A DNA stretch of 64,000 nucleotides from NCBI GenBank assembly GCA_963842885.1, contig CAWJIE010000003.1, forward strand, positions 352,001 to 416,000. Reading direction: 5' to 3'. Every line of letters begins with the position of its first letter. Position 1 is the first letter of the stretch. This DNA is from an uncultured Nitrososphaerota archaeon. GTDB taxonomy: Archaea > Thermoproteota > Nitrososphaeria > Conexivisphaerales > DTJL01. This document shows positions 39,941-49,043 of the stretch, one piece after another. The translations under genes and the position numbers were made by a program. The notes under the pieces were generated by a model. That model worked only from the letters and a program-made list of their open reading frames with translations, searched no databases and had not been told where the DNA came from.

Positions 39941-41260
39941 TTGCGCCGGGCAAGCTTGCTCAGAGTCTTGGGTTTCGTGGGGCTCGGGCTGTTGCTGATG
40001 GGCTTGTCGATGCTCGCCAACGCGCATTTCGGTCCTGAGAACGCAATCTTCGGCATGGGGAGCCCGACAACAAGCCAGGGCAACACGACCGACTCTTTCA
40101 CGGTGTTCCTTAAGCCCACCGACAGGATGCTCCTGTCCTACTCCTCCAATTCCTCGAACGTGAGCTTCGATGCCTCAATCATCTCTCTGGCCACCGGTTC
40201 CACCGTGTTCCAAGAGGGCGTTCCCCCTGGCGGCAGCCTCCAGGTGTCCTTTTCGCCTTCTACAAGAGGGGCATATTTGGTCAGGGTCAATCTGTCATCT
40301 TCTTCGCCCAATCAACTGGTGACAAGTATCGTTTCGATTTACGGCGGGACCCCTTCCGACTTTGAAGCGTATGCCTACCTTCTTATCGCCCTGGGCGCGG
40401 CCATGGCCCTGTTGTGGATCGCCGGGTCCAGAAGGGCTCAAGCGGCCGGGCTCACGCACAAATCAGGTCGACAGGAATACCTCGCGGATGGTCAGCAAGG
40501 GCACCGGACCTTCTTCGTCCTGCTAAAGTGGGAGCTCATTGCAAGCAGGAAGGTGTTCTTCGGCCTGCTGGTCTTCTTCCTCATGATGTACAGCGCTGGC
40601 GGGTTCACACCGAACTATCTGAGCTCATCGATAGGTGGGATCGCCCCGACCATAGCCGACCTGTTCAATCCAACCCTCAGGCCCACGTCAGACTGGTTCA
40701 ATCTGTTCCCCATCGTGGTCGCGGTTTCGGCATACAGCTTCTCCTACGAACAGGACAAGCTCATCCTCAGGTCTCTCAAACTCAACCCAATCAGGTCCGC
40801 CACCATCTTCGCTTCGAAGGTCTGCGCCCTCCTGGCGGTGACCTTGGTCCCCATCGCGGTCGCCTTGAGCTTCACCCTCGCGCTGTACGACCCGAGGCTC
40901 TTCCTCGGAGCCCCCCTGCTTGCGTGGGGGAACCTTCCGATGTGGGTCGAAGCCTACATCCTCTACGGATTCGTCATGGTGGGGCTGTCGTTGCTGCCGG
41001 CCGTGTTCTTCGATAACGCCGTCTATGCCTTCGTCGCCCCGTTGTTTGTATCATTCCTGATTCAGACCGAAGGCTTCGGCCTGTATGGCGCGATACCCTC
41101 CGACGTATGGACCACTGTGGTAATGCAGATTCAGAGCTACCGTGACTGGGGTGCAACTCTGGGCAAGACGCTGCCTGCGGTCATCCTAGCAACGGGCATT
41201 CCTCGCCATCTCCCTGATTCTGTTCGAAATCAAGGAGGGAGAGTGACGCGAGTGGCTTGA
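39941..41260 (+). CDS. ABC-2-type permease with N-terminal extracellular domain
   Basis: LLKWELIASRK, SYEQDKLILRSLKLNPIRSATIFASK, multiple TM helices. Confidence 0.75.
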   Translation: MRRASLLRVLGFVGLGLLLMGLSMLANAHFGPENAIFGMGSPTTSQGNTTDSFTVFLKPTDRMLLSYSSNSSNVSFDASIISLATGSTVFQEGVPPGGSLQVSFSPSTRGAYLVRVNLSSSSPNQLVTSIVSIYGGTPSDFEAYAYLLIALGAAMALLWIAGSRRAQAAGLTHKSGRQEYLADGQQGHRTFFVLLKWELIASRKVFFGLLVFFLMMYSAGGFTPNYLSSSIGGIAPTIADLFNPTLRPTSDWFNLFPIVVAVSAYSFSYEQDKLILRSLKLNPIRSATIFASKVCALLAVTLVPIAVALSFTLALYDPRLFLGAPLLAWGNLPMWVEAYILYGFVMVGLSLLPAVFFDNAVYAFVAPLFVSFLIQTEGFGLYGAIPSDVWTTVVMQIQSYRDWGATLGKTLPAVILATGIPRHLPDSVRNQGGRVTRVA

Positions 41261-41315
41261 CCCCGAGCCTCACGGGAGCCACCAACCTGGAGACACGGGA
41301 AGGCTGGCGATTGAG

Positions 41316-41995
41316 GTGAGCCATCTCAGCAAGAGGTTCGGTTTCACCCTCGCTCTGGACGACGTAAGCATTAAGCTCCCGCAAGGCAACGCGCTCCTGA
41401 TCGTCGGCCCGAACGGGAGCGGGAAGAGCACGTTGCTTAAGGTCCTGTGCGGCATCCTAAGAGCGGCCCAGAGGTTCTCTCGTTCGCGTATTGGGGGTTG
41501 ACCCCTGGAGGGAGCGACATATCCTGTTCTCCAGGGCCACGGCAGCTTTCGAAGACTATGCCTTCCCGGAGCTTGCCAGCGGGGAGGATTATCTCAAGTT
41601 CGTGGCCGAGCTTCGCTGTGTCTCCATCGACCGAAGCGTCGGAGAGATCATGGGCATAGAGGACTTCTGGTCGAAGCCTATCAGAGGCTACTCGTCAGGC
41701 ATGAAAAGGAAGCTCGCGCTCGCGCAGGCGCTGGTCGGCAGGCCGGAGCTGATCATCTTGGACGAGCCACTGGTCGCCCTAGACCGCCAGTCGAAGGACC
41801 AGCTGATCGACATATTGGCTCAGAGGAGGGCTACAGGGACGACCCTGGTCATATGCAGCCACATACTGACAGGTCTGGAGCGGATAGCCACGGAGGATGA
41901 TCGTGCTTATCAACGGAAAGATGATCTATGAGAGCGATATCTCCGATTCCAGTGCAGCGCTCGAGGAAACCTACAAGATCTTGGAAACAACGTGA
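41316..41995 (+). CDS. ABC transporter ATP-binding protein with two frameshifts
   Basis: GPNGSGKST (41316 ORF); YSSGMKRK and ILDEP (41491 ORF); tail in a third frame ending at TGA41995. Confidence 0.8.
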
Positions 41996-43245
41996 ATGTG
42001 GAGCCAACCAGACCCCTCGTCTCGCTCCCGTCTATGTGGCACTCCCACGTTTCAAATGAATCTGCTGTGGTCCAATTCGGTCAGCACGAAGCCAGAGAAC
42101 GTTATGGGTCAGCCATGGAAGGTCCGCCAATTGAGACGCTCCTCCCGCCGATGATTGGCGTATCTATCGCCGCTGGAAAAGAAACCAATATCATCAAACT
42201 GACGAGACTGGCTGGCCTTTTCGGAACCTCGGTAGTGGCGGAGAATCTTGGCTGTACCGAAGGCGCCAACGTTGCGGATGCCGCCGCCCCCCTCTTGAGG
42301 TTATTTACAATGCAGTCGTCCTGAGAGTGGCCATGATTCTGACATGCCGTAAACCCATGCCAACATGTCACGCTCCACTTGGTTGCGTTGTTAGGACCAA
42401 GCACCCGCGCACCCTGACCGGGTTCCACCGATACGGGACGCAAATGCACGTTGTCCATCTAATCACCATCGATGAGGTCCGCTTTCCGAGAACTCGCCTT
42501 TCCATGGCCCTGGCTGTGTCGGTTTGGCCGTATCCTGCGAAGTTATCTGAGGAGCATCGAATGCGTCACCAAAAGGCGTTGTGGGACGGGGAAAGACGTT
42601 AACTGCCATGGTCCGTTCTGGCAGGTACTCTATTACTCTTGAGTCGCTGGGACATCCGTCGACGCGCGCAGGTGGCTGAATTCGCGGAACGGATTGAGTC
42701 GAAGCACCTTTCCTTTCCTTGCCTTGCCATGGGCCACTTTCCCCCGCTGAACCGTTCCATGAACCCACGGACGAGCCCGGAATGAGCAAGGATGTGATGA
42801 TGGGCTGGCATTCGCACGGCGATGAATTGGCATGATTCGAGGGGCATCGATTCGACGAGCTCGGCGAATGTAAAACGAGGCATGTCTGACTTAGCAACGA
42901 AGCTGAACCGGGCTTGGCATGTTCGACTGGACTTCACTTGATGGGACGGGCTGGACCTAGCTTGGTAGTGGAAGAAAGCTCGTTCGGCTCACAGCTCAAT
43001 TCGGGGACGACGGTTGGCGACCTTGCGACGCACAGCCAAGACATCGGTGGACCGGGAACGTTATACTAACAGAAATGAATCAAAAAATACACAGGGAAGA
43101 CATGCAAGAATGTCCGCAATGGTATAACATCTCAACTCGGAACTCGGCTCTTGGAGCCGATCGGGCTGAGTGCACGAGCTCTATGTAATTCCGGCCACCA
43201 TACGGGCTACCGGAAAATGGGCGTCAGACATCAAACGTAAGGGGT

Positions 43246-43292
43246 TAAGTACATGGGGATGCACTAAGTACACGGGGATATCCCACGTACTT
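43246..43292 (+). promoter_or_regulatory. Repeated operator-like motif AAGTACRYGGG over the ATPase promoter/start
   Basis: TAAGTACATGGGGAT and TAAGTACACGGGGAT direct copies plus inverted CCCACGTACTT around the palindrome GGGATATCCC. Confidence 0.5.
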
Positions 43293-43323
43293 CGAAGAGG
43301 CCCCGAAGACGGACAGGAAGGAC

Positions 43324-44421
43324 ATGTTCGACTACTCCGAGGAGTTCCAGAAGATGACCTCCTCTCTATCGGGAGGGGCGAGGATGATCATAATAAAGGG
43401 AAGGAGGAGGACGGGCAAGACTTCTCTCCTCCTGTCCTCCCTGAACGAACTCGGGCGCCCGTACGTCGTTCTTGATGGGAGGGCCTTCTCCTCCTCCCCT
43501 CAGGTGAGGCGGGAGGAGTTCGTCAAGCTGCTCGAGGACGGCCTGAACGAGTTCCTGAGGAGGGAGAGGAGGCTGGGCGCCAAGGTGATCGATGCGCTAA
43601 AGCACGTCCAGGGCCTCGAACGAACCTCAGGTGCCATCCCCGGCCTCTCCCTTCGCTGGGGGCCCCTGCCCCGGGACGCCGTGAACGTCTCCTCCATCTT
43701 CGATGCCCTTTCAGACGAAGCGGCCAGACAGAAGACCTCCTTTATCATCGCCATAGACGAAGCGCAGGAGTTCAGGAAGGTCATGCGCTACGACCTGACG
43801 AGCGTGCTCGCGCACGCGTACGACTACTGCCCGGGACTCAAGTTCGTGGTCACCGGCTCGGAGGCGGGGATGCTCCACAAGTTCCTTAGGGTCGATGACC
43901 CCGAAGCCCCCCTCTTCGGACGGGCGATGGTCGAGATAGAGCTCTCCGGCCTGACGAAGGAGAGGAGCGTCGAGTACCTTCGGGAAGGGTTCAGGCAGGT
44001 GGGGATGGAGGTGCCTGGGGATGTGCTCGAAGGAGCCCACCTGAGGTTCGACGGGATAATAGGCTGGCTGACCTACCTCGGCTTCAGGGCCAGGGAGGAG
44101 AGGGAGCTCGACCAGAAGGTGATTGAGGAGACGGCCTCGCTGGCATCCAAGATGGCGGCCTCGGAGTTCAGGAACTTCCTGGGCCTGTACAGGTCGGAGA
44201 GGTATCGGACAGTGATGAAGAGCCTGGCTGGAGGGAGCCTTTCGTGGGCGGACCTGAAGAGGGCGATCGAGTCCAAGGAGGGGATGAGGGTCGGACAGGG
44301 GGAGGTCACTAAGGTGCTCCACAACCTCGAGGACGCCGGCTTTGTGGCGAAGGATGAGGGAGGAGCTTATTCCATCTCGGAGCCGATGATAAGAGAAGCG
44401 GCCTCGAAGGGGATCATATAG
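43324..44421 (+). CDS. Archaeal ATPase family P-loop NTPase (ATPase_2 type) with C-terminal wHTH
   Basis: GRRRTGKTS Walker A, IAIDEAQE Walker B, VTGSEAG, PLFGR, DGIIGWL; the family-like N-terminus YFEEAPK begins at 43288, upstream of the first ATG. Confidence 0.88.
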   Translation: MFDYSEEFQKMTSSLSGGARMIIIKGRRRTGKTSLLLSSLNELGRPYVVLDGRAFSSSPQVRREEFVKLLEDGLNEFLRRERRLGAKVIDALKHVQGLERTSGAIPGLSLRWGPLPRDAVNVSSIFDALSDEAARQKTSFIIAIDEAQEFRKVMRYDLTSVLAHAYDYCPGLKFVVTGSEAGMLHKFLRVDDPEAPLFGRAMVEIELSGLTKERSVEYLREGFRQVGMEVPGDVLEGAHLRFDGIIGWLTYLGFRAREERELDQKVIEETASLASKMAASEFRNFLGLYRSERYRTVMKSLAGGSLSWADLKRAIESKEGMRVGQGEVTKVLHNLEDAGFVAKDEGGAYSISEPMIREAASKGII

Positions 44422-45100
44422 GAAGGATATGGTACATAGCCCTGCACTTGGTATATGGACATAGCGCGAGAGGGGCCGAGGCGAAGGACCCCGCCTTTAA
44501 TCTGCCATCGAGCGACAAGAGGTGGGTCCTTTTGCGTCGCTGGCGGAAGACAAGGCTCTGCATCTCCGCTGTGATGGTTCCAAGCCGGCCCGTCAATCGG
44601 TATTTAAGGCAAAGGCGCGGCCATTGAGGAGTATTTAAGGAGAAGACGATGGCGGTCGAGCTCTATTGTGAGGTTTCGAATCAGCCATAGATGGAAGACC
44701 TCGGATCTCGTCCAGAGAAGCGAAGGTGGATGCGGGATGCCAAAGGGCAGACGCGTAAACGGTTTGAAGCGATGGAACCATGCACGGCCTCCTTTTAACG
44801 CACTTTGCAGGGGCTTCCGGGGGCTCAGGAGCCGCCTTGGCCTAGATGATGAGCTTCCCTGGCGTTAGCGCGGGGAGGAATGCACGACCTCAGGCATTGC
44901 CCCTTTTCCTACGGCAGCGACAGCCATCCTGTCGGCCTAGGTAGGTCTCTAGTGTCGGTCCCATGTCATGATGTAGAGCGGGGGACGGCCATCCGGATCG
45001 AGACAGGCTCCCTAACCAGATGGAGTGCGCTATTGAGCTGGTTTGATCGTGAAGACGATGTTGGCAGTCCCGTGCATGTACGGGTTCCTTTCACCAGACT

Positions 45101-45900
45101 CCACTAAACTCTCGGCTCAATGAGACAAAGTGCCCTCTTGAGTTATTTTGAAGATGAGACGGAGCTTAGCAGGGCCGGGGCATCCGAGCTCCGTCCCCGT
45201 CGATTTTGCTAACGCGCCCCTAGGATGAGACGGAACGCCTTTTCAGGCCGATTTGGAGATGAGACAGCGTTAGCAGGTCCAGGGCGTCAAAATTTCGGTC
45301 CCCCTTTCCTGCTAACGCGACCGTCAGATGAAACAAGATGCCATTTTGGGCCATTTGGACGATGAGACGATGTTAGCAAAACCGGGGGCGCCAGTTTCTC
45401 CTCCGTCTAGACTGCCATTGCACCCGTCGGGTGAGACGAACGGCGCTTCCAGGTCGGTTCTGAGATGGGACGATATCAGTAGTTGGAGGGAGTCGAAATT
45501 CCGTCCTCTGCGATTTGCTATAGTCACCGCTTAACGAAACAAAGCGCCCTATAGGGCCGTTTTGACGATGAAACGGGCTCTAGCAAAGCCAAGGCCTCGA
45601 AATTTTGCCCCCTCCGACTTGCTAGAGTCGCGGCTTCAATGAGACAAAGCGCCCCCTTGGGTCATTTTGGCTACGAGACGAACTCTAGCAAAACCAGGGG
45701 TGTTCGAATCGTCTCCTCCGGGCTAATAACGCATCTATCTGATGAGACGAACGGCGCTTTTAGCCCGTCCTGACAATGAGACGATGTTATTAGCCACGAG
45801 GCCTCAAAATTCCCCGCCCTCCGCGCTAATAACGCCCCCTTCCGATGAGACGGAACGCCTTTTTGGCCCATTTTAACGATGAAACGATGTTATTAGGGCC
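45101..45900. repeat. Non-coding array of 8 structured units with a 103-105 bp period
   Basis: ATGAGAC-like box pairs at 45120/45154, 45225/45259, 45328/45362, 45431/45465, 45534/45568, 45639/45673, 45742/45776, 45845/45879 (always 34 bp apart), each pair enclosed by inverted arms. Confidence 0.92.
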
Positions 45901-46492
45901 GAGGGCGGTTCGTCGCCGCCATCGCCATGTCGTCGCCCCAAGCCCAACTGGCTGGCGTTCTTATGGGGGCTCATCTGAACCACTGGTCTTCGATCACGTC
46001 CTAGAGCTCTTCTTTGAACGGTTCTTTAGTGGCAAGCGGGAGTCTCCGGTGGCGGCTCTGGTTCCGGCTCGCTCTTCGCCTGGGATAGTAGAGCTTGACG
46101 GACCTACTTCTAGCATTCGCGTTGCCGACCCTCATCGCAATGCTCTAGCTAACGTAACCGTTCAAGACCTTCCGAAACTCTACCATCTCCACTATGACAA
46201 CGGCAGAAGCATGAGGGGCGATTTAACCACCCATCTTCAGTCGAGGGGGCTGAGCGCGGAAGCTGCTTCAGGTCCTCTTCTTCCGTTGTGTTCCATCATC
46301 GGGACTTCTTGGCAAGTGTCCGGTTCGGGACCTGCAGCTAGGCTCGGGCAGCGAAATCCCCGTCCGGAAGTGAGGAGTCTAGAAGGCCAGACTTTGGCAT
46401 GTCCTTTGTCCGTCGTATCATGGAGTCTGATCTGCCAATCGACAGAGGATCTTCTCCCCAGCTCTTTTAAGTTGAGCAATGACCGAGTATAC

Positions 46493-46618
46493 ATGACAGA
46501 GAACAAAACCGATGACAAGGATTCCGACGAGGTCGAGCTGCGCGCGGCCGTCAAGGAGCGTTTTGAAATCAGAAGAGAGATAGAAGGGCTCCGGCGCGAA
46601 GTCGGGAGCCTGTCCTGA
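46493..46618 (+). CDS. Small coiled-coil-like protein (41 aa), convergent with the integrase
   Basis: MTENKTDDKDSDEVELRAAVKERFEIRREIEGLRREVGSLS; TTTTAAG TATA-like box at ~46465. Confidence 0.5.
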   Translation: MTENKTDDKDSDEVELRAAVKERFEIRREIEGLRREVGSLS

Positions 46619-46623
46619 CCCCG

Positions 46624-47997
46624 CTACTTGCCGAGCAGGACCCGCACGACGTCCGGCGGGATTGCCTTCCCTTCTTGCACGTACTTCGTCAATATCCGCC
46701 GGGTGCGTTCGTCGTTTTCCTCCTGCCTGGCCTCGAGCTCTTCTATCCTTCTCTGTTGCTTCATCAATTCCGGATCGGTTCCCTCTACGATCAGAGGGAG
46801 CTCCTCGTGAATCGGTGCTCCGCAGCCCCCGCAGAACTCGTTCATCCTAGGGTTCTCCCGCCGGCAGTTCGGGCAGAGGACAAACTCCGGCTGGGGCTTC
46901 TGGGTCTCGACGCCACCGTACACGTTCTCCAAGACTTCGTTGACGTCCTGTGCCGCGAGCTCGATGTACACCGCCGGCATCTTGCTTCCGGGCGCCCACC
47001 CGAACTTCCTCCTCATTATCTCCTCGTTCAGGTTGTGCTTGGCGTCTTTCGTGGCGGACATGTGCCGGAAGATGTTGGGATGCACGGGCCTCGGGATCCC
47101 CGCCACCTCGCCCAGCCGGCGCAGCGCCCTGTAGCAGGCGTCGTAGCGCCAGCGCTTGCAGACCAGCCTTCCTCGTTCGGTCATCAGCCAGAGCGGGGCC
47201 TTAGGGTCATCCCTGTATGGGTGCGTCTCAAGCCACTGCGTGAGCAGCATCCTCGACCTCTGCACCACCAGCCGTCGCCCGACCGTTTTCGTCATCTCAT
47301 CGGTGAAGTCGATCAGTACCCTGTACTCCTCCTTGCCGTTCCTGATGACCCGCTCATGCCTGATGTTGCCTATCAGGAGGCGCAGAAGCTCGCCCGGCCG
47401 GAGACCCAGCTCCTCGGCGACGGCGAGGAACGCCTTAATCATGATGTCGCTGGTCGCCCTGATGAGAGCTTCGAACTCCTCCTCCTCTATCACCGAGGGC
47501 CTCTTCTTGTCCGATTGCTTGAGGTTCGCCTTAAGCCCGTCGACCAAGTCCGGGTAGTGGTGGTCCTCCCTCCACTTCTCGTACTTTCCCTTGGGAGCCT
47601 TCAGCCACTGGTAGTATCGCTTGATCGTTATGACTATGTCGCGCTCGGTACGCGGTTCGTAGATGCCAGAGTAGAGCCACTTCTTGAGCTCGGCCACTTT
47701 CTTCTGGTTCATCCTGATCAGGGTCGTCCTGTTGTCGAACGCCCACATGGCCAGGTCCTGTAGGATGATGACGTACTTGGCCACCCTCACGTCGGATATG
47801 TTCTGGCCTATCAGGACGTCCACGAACCTCAGGATGGAGCGGCAGTCCTTCGGGCTTATCCTCCTCGGCCTTCCGGTCTTCTGCTCGATGGTGCCTTCCC
47901 GCGCTGACCGCTTGAGATGGGCGATCGCGCGCTCGATGCGCCGCTTCCCGCCAAAGATGTCGTGGTCCTCGACCTGCGCACCCGCGATTTGGTTCAT
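46624..47997 (-). CDS. Tyrosine recombinase/site-specific integrase with C-terminal zinc ribbon and coiled coil
   Basis: GLRPGELL (Arg), TKT (Lys), HPNIFRH, FGW, AVY (Tyr), CPNC...CGGC; TATA-like element ~25 bp upstream of ATG47997. Confidence 0.92.
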   Translation of the reverse strand: MNQIAGAQVEDHDIFGGKRRIERAIAHLKRSAREGTIEQKTGRPRRISPKDCRSILRFVDVLIGQNISDVRVAKYVIILQDLAMWAFDNRTTLIRMNQKKVAELKKWLYSGIYEPRTERDIVITIKRYYQWLKAPKGKYEKWREDHHYPDLVDGLKANLKQSDKKRPSVIEEEEFEALIRATSDIMIKAFLAVAEELGLRPGELLRLLIGNIRHERVIRNGKEEYRVLIDFTDEMTKTVGRRLVVQRSRMLLTQWLETHPYRDDPKAPLWLMTERGRLVCKRWRYDACYRALRRLGEVAGIPRPVHPNIFRHMSATKDAKHNLNEEIMRRKFGWAPGSKMPAVYIELAAQDVNEVLENVYGGVETQKPQPEFVLCPNCRRENPRMNEFCGGCGAPIHEELPLIVEGTDPELMKQQRRIEELEARQEENDERTRRILTKYVQEGKAIPPDVVRVLLGK

Positions 47998-48217
47998 GAT
48001 CGGGTACGGCGAATTACCTTTTAAGACGGGTAAGGGATTTGGATGTCTTCGTGGAGGCGCGCCCACCGCATTTTCACTGCTACCGGAATGCCCAGGGTTA
48101 GTCATGATGGCAGCTGCTGCCCCGCATGGCGACACCATGATGGCCCGGATTCCGCCATCTCCTTGGCAACATTCATAAGGCGATTCAGCCGAAAAATACT
48201 AGAATCGGAGAGAGGGC

Positions 48218-48751
48218 TTGACCGGAGAAGGCAAGGCGCAGAAGGTGCAGGACTCGTTGAAAGAAGTGATGCGGGGATTCCCGCAGGGCGTGACGGTGGT
48301 CACCACGAAGGCGAAGGGCAGGTTATGGGGTGTCACCGTGAGCTCGTTCACGACGGTGTCCCTCGAGCCGCCGCTCATCCTGGTGTCATTGATGAAGAAC
48401 GTCCCCACCTCGGGTGCCTTTGCGTCGGCGAGCGGCTTCACGGTGAACTTGGCAGATGACTAGAAGTCCGTTTCCGAAAGGTTCGCTGGCATGGTGCCTC
48501 TTGGAGACCGGTTCGAAGGACTGCGCTATCACTTCGCGAGCACCGGGTATCCCGTCATAGAGGGCGCCATGGGGTATTTCTACTGCAAGAGATGGAGGAA
48601 GTACGACGGCGGAGACCACTTGCTGGTACTGGGCAAGGTCATCGAAGCCAAGAGGCTCAACCACAAGCCTCCCCTGGTCAATTTCAAGCAGCAGTATGCC
48701 ACAGTGGTTCTCCCCGAAGTGGGTTCGCTCACAAAAGAGACACTCTGGTAG
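48218..48751 (+). pseudogene. Flavin reductase family gene with an in-frame TAG at 48461-63
   Basis: FPQGVTVVT, GVTVSSFTTVSLEPPL, NLADD*KSVSERFA, GGDHLLVLG all in one frame. Confidence 0.8.
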
Positions 48752-48787
48752 CACTGGACCGGCGCAGGGGGCTCCGATAGGTCTTTA

Positions 48788-49039
48788 TCACTTCAGAATC
48801 TGGTTCTGTCTCTCGGATATGCTCCTCAACTTGTCCAGATGCGGAGCCAGCTTTGACGGATCCGAAGGACCCAGGTCCTCCAAGCAGGACACATACCCGT
48901 TCATTTCGTTGAGCATCCCCTCGACCGAAGGCATGCGTCGGAAGGGGGCACCGAAAGGCCAAACCAGCTCCTGCTTGCCCTTCTGAGTGATCCCATAGCG
49001 TCTGTCGTCGTTCTTCGAGACTAGGCCCTCCTGAGTCAA
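48788..49039 (-). pseudogene. 5'-truncated PadR-like regulator
   Basis: LTQEGLVSK..DRRYGITQKGKQEL wing and C-terminal helix only; the N-terminal HTH is missing and the fragment abuts the macrodomain stop. Confidence 0.6.
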
Positions 49040-49043
49040 ATCC

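Noticed and set aside
42000-43200. GGCATG recurrences and short ORFs in the gene-poor stretch
   Set aside because: Irregular spacing and no recognisable protein or RNA motif; cannot be supported beyond decayed island DNA
45207-45896. Array read as integron attC sites
   Set aside because: AAC...GTT arms occur in only 4 of 8 units, the interior has direct rather than inverted boxes, there are no cassette ORFs, and the integrase does not look like IntI
45101-45900. Array read as a CRISPR or TIGR array
   Set aside because: No near-identical 25-45 bp repeat; intervening segments share a scaffold instead of being unique spacers; no cas or Nop-domain gene in the window; no consistent box C/D pairs; the period is far longer than TIGR units
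45324-46492. ORF-track entries over and beside the array (45324, 45328, 45671, 45845, 46237)
   Set aside because: No recognisable motifs, and periods of 103 bp break the reading frame; only the last 41 codons of the 45845 ORF look like a real gene
46675-47763. Long antisense ORFs (this one and similar at 19338, 51974, 12915, 43711)
   Set aside because: Shadow ORFs opposite or overlapping well-supported genes in GC-rich DNA
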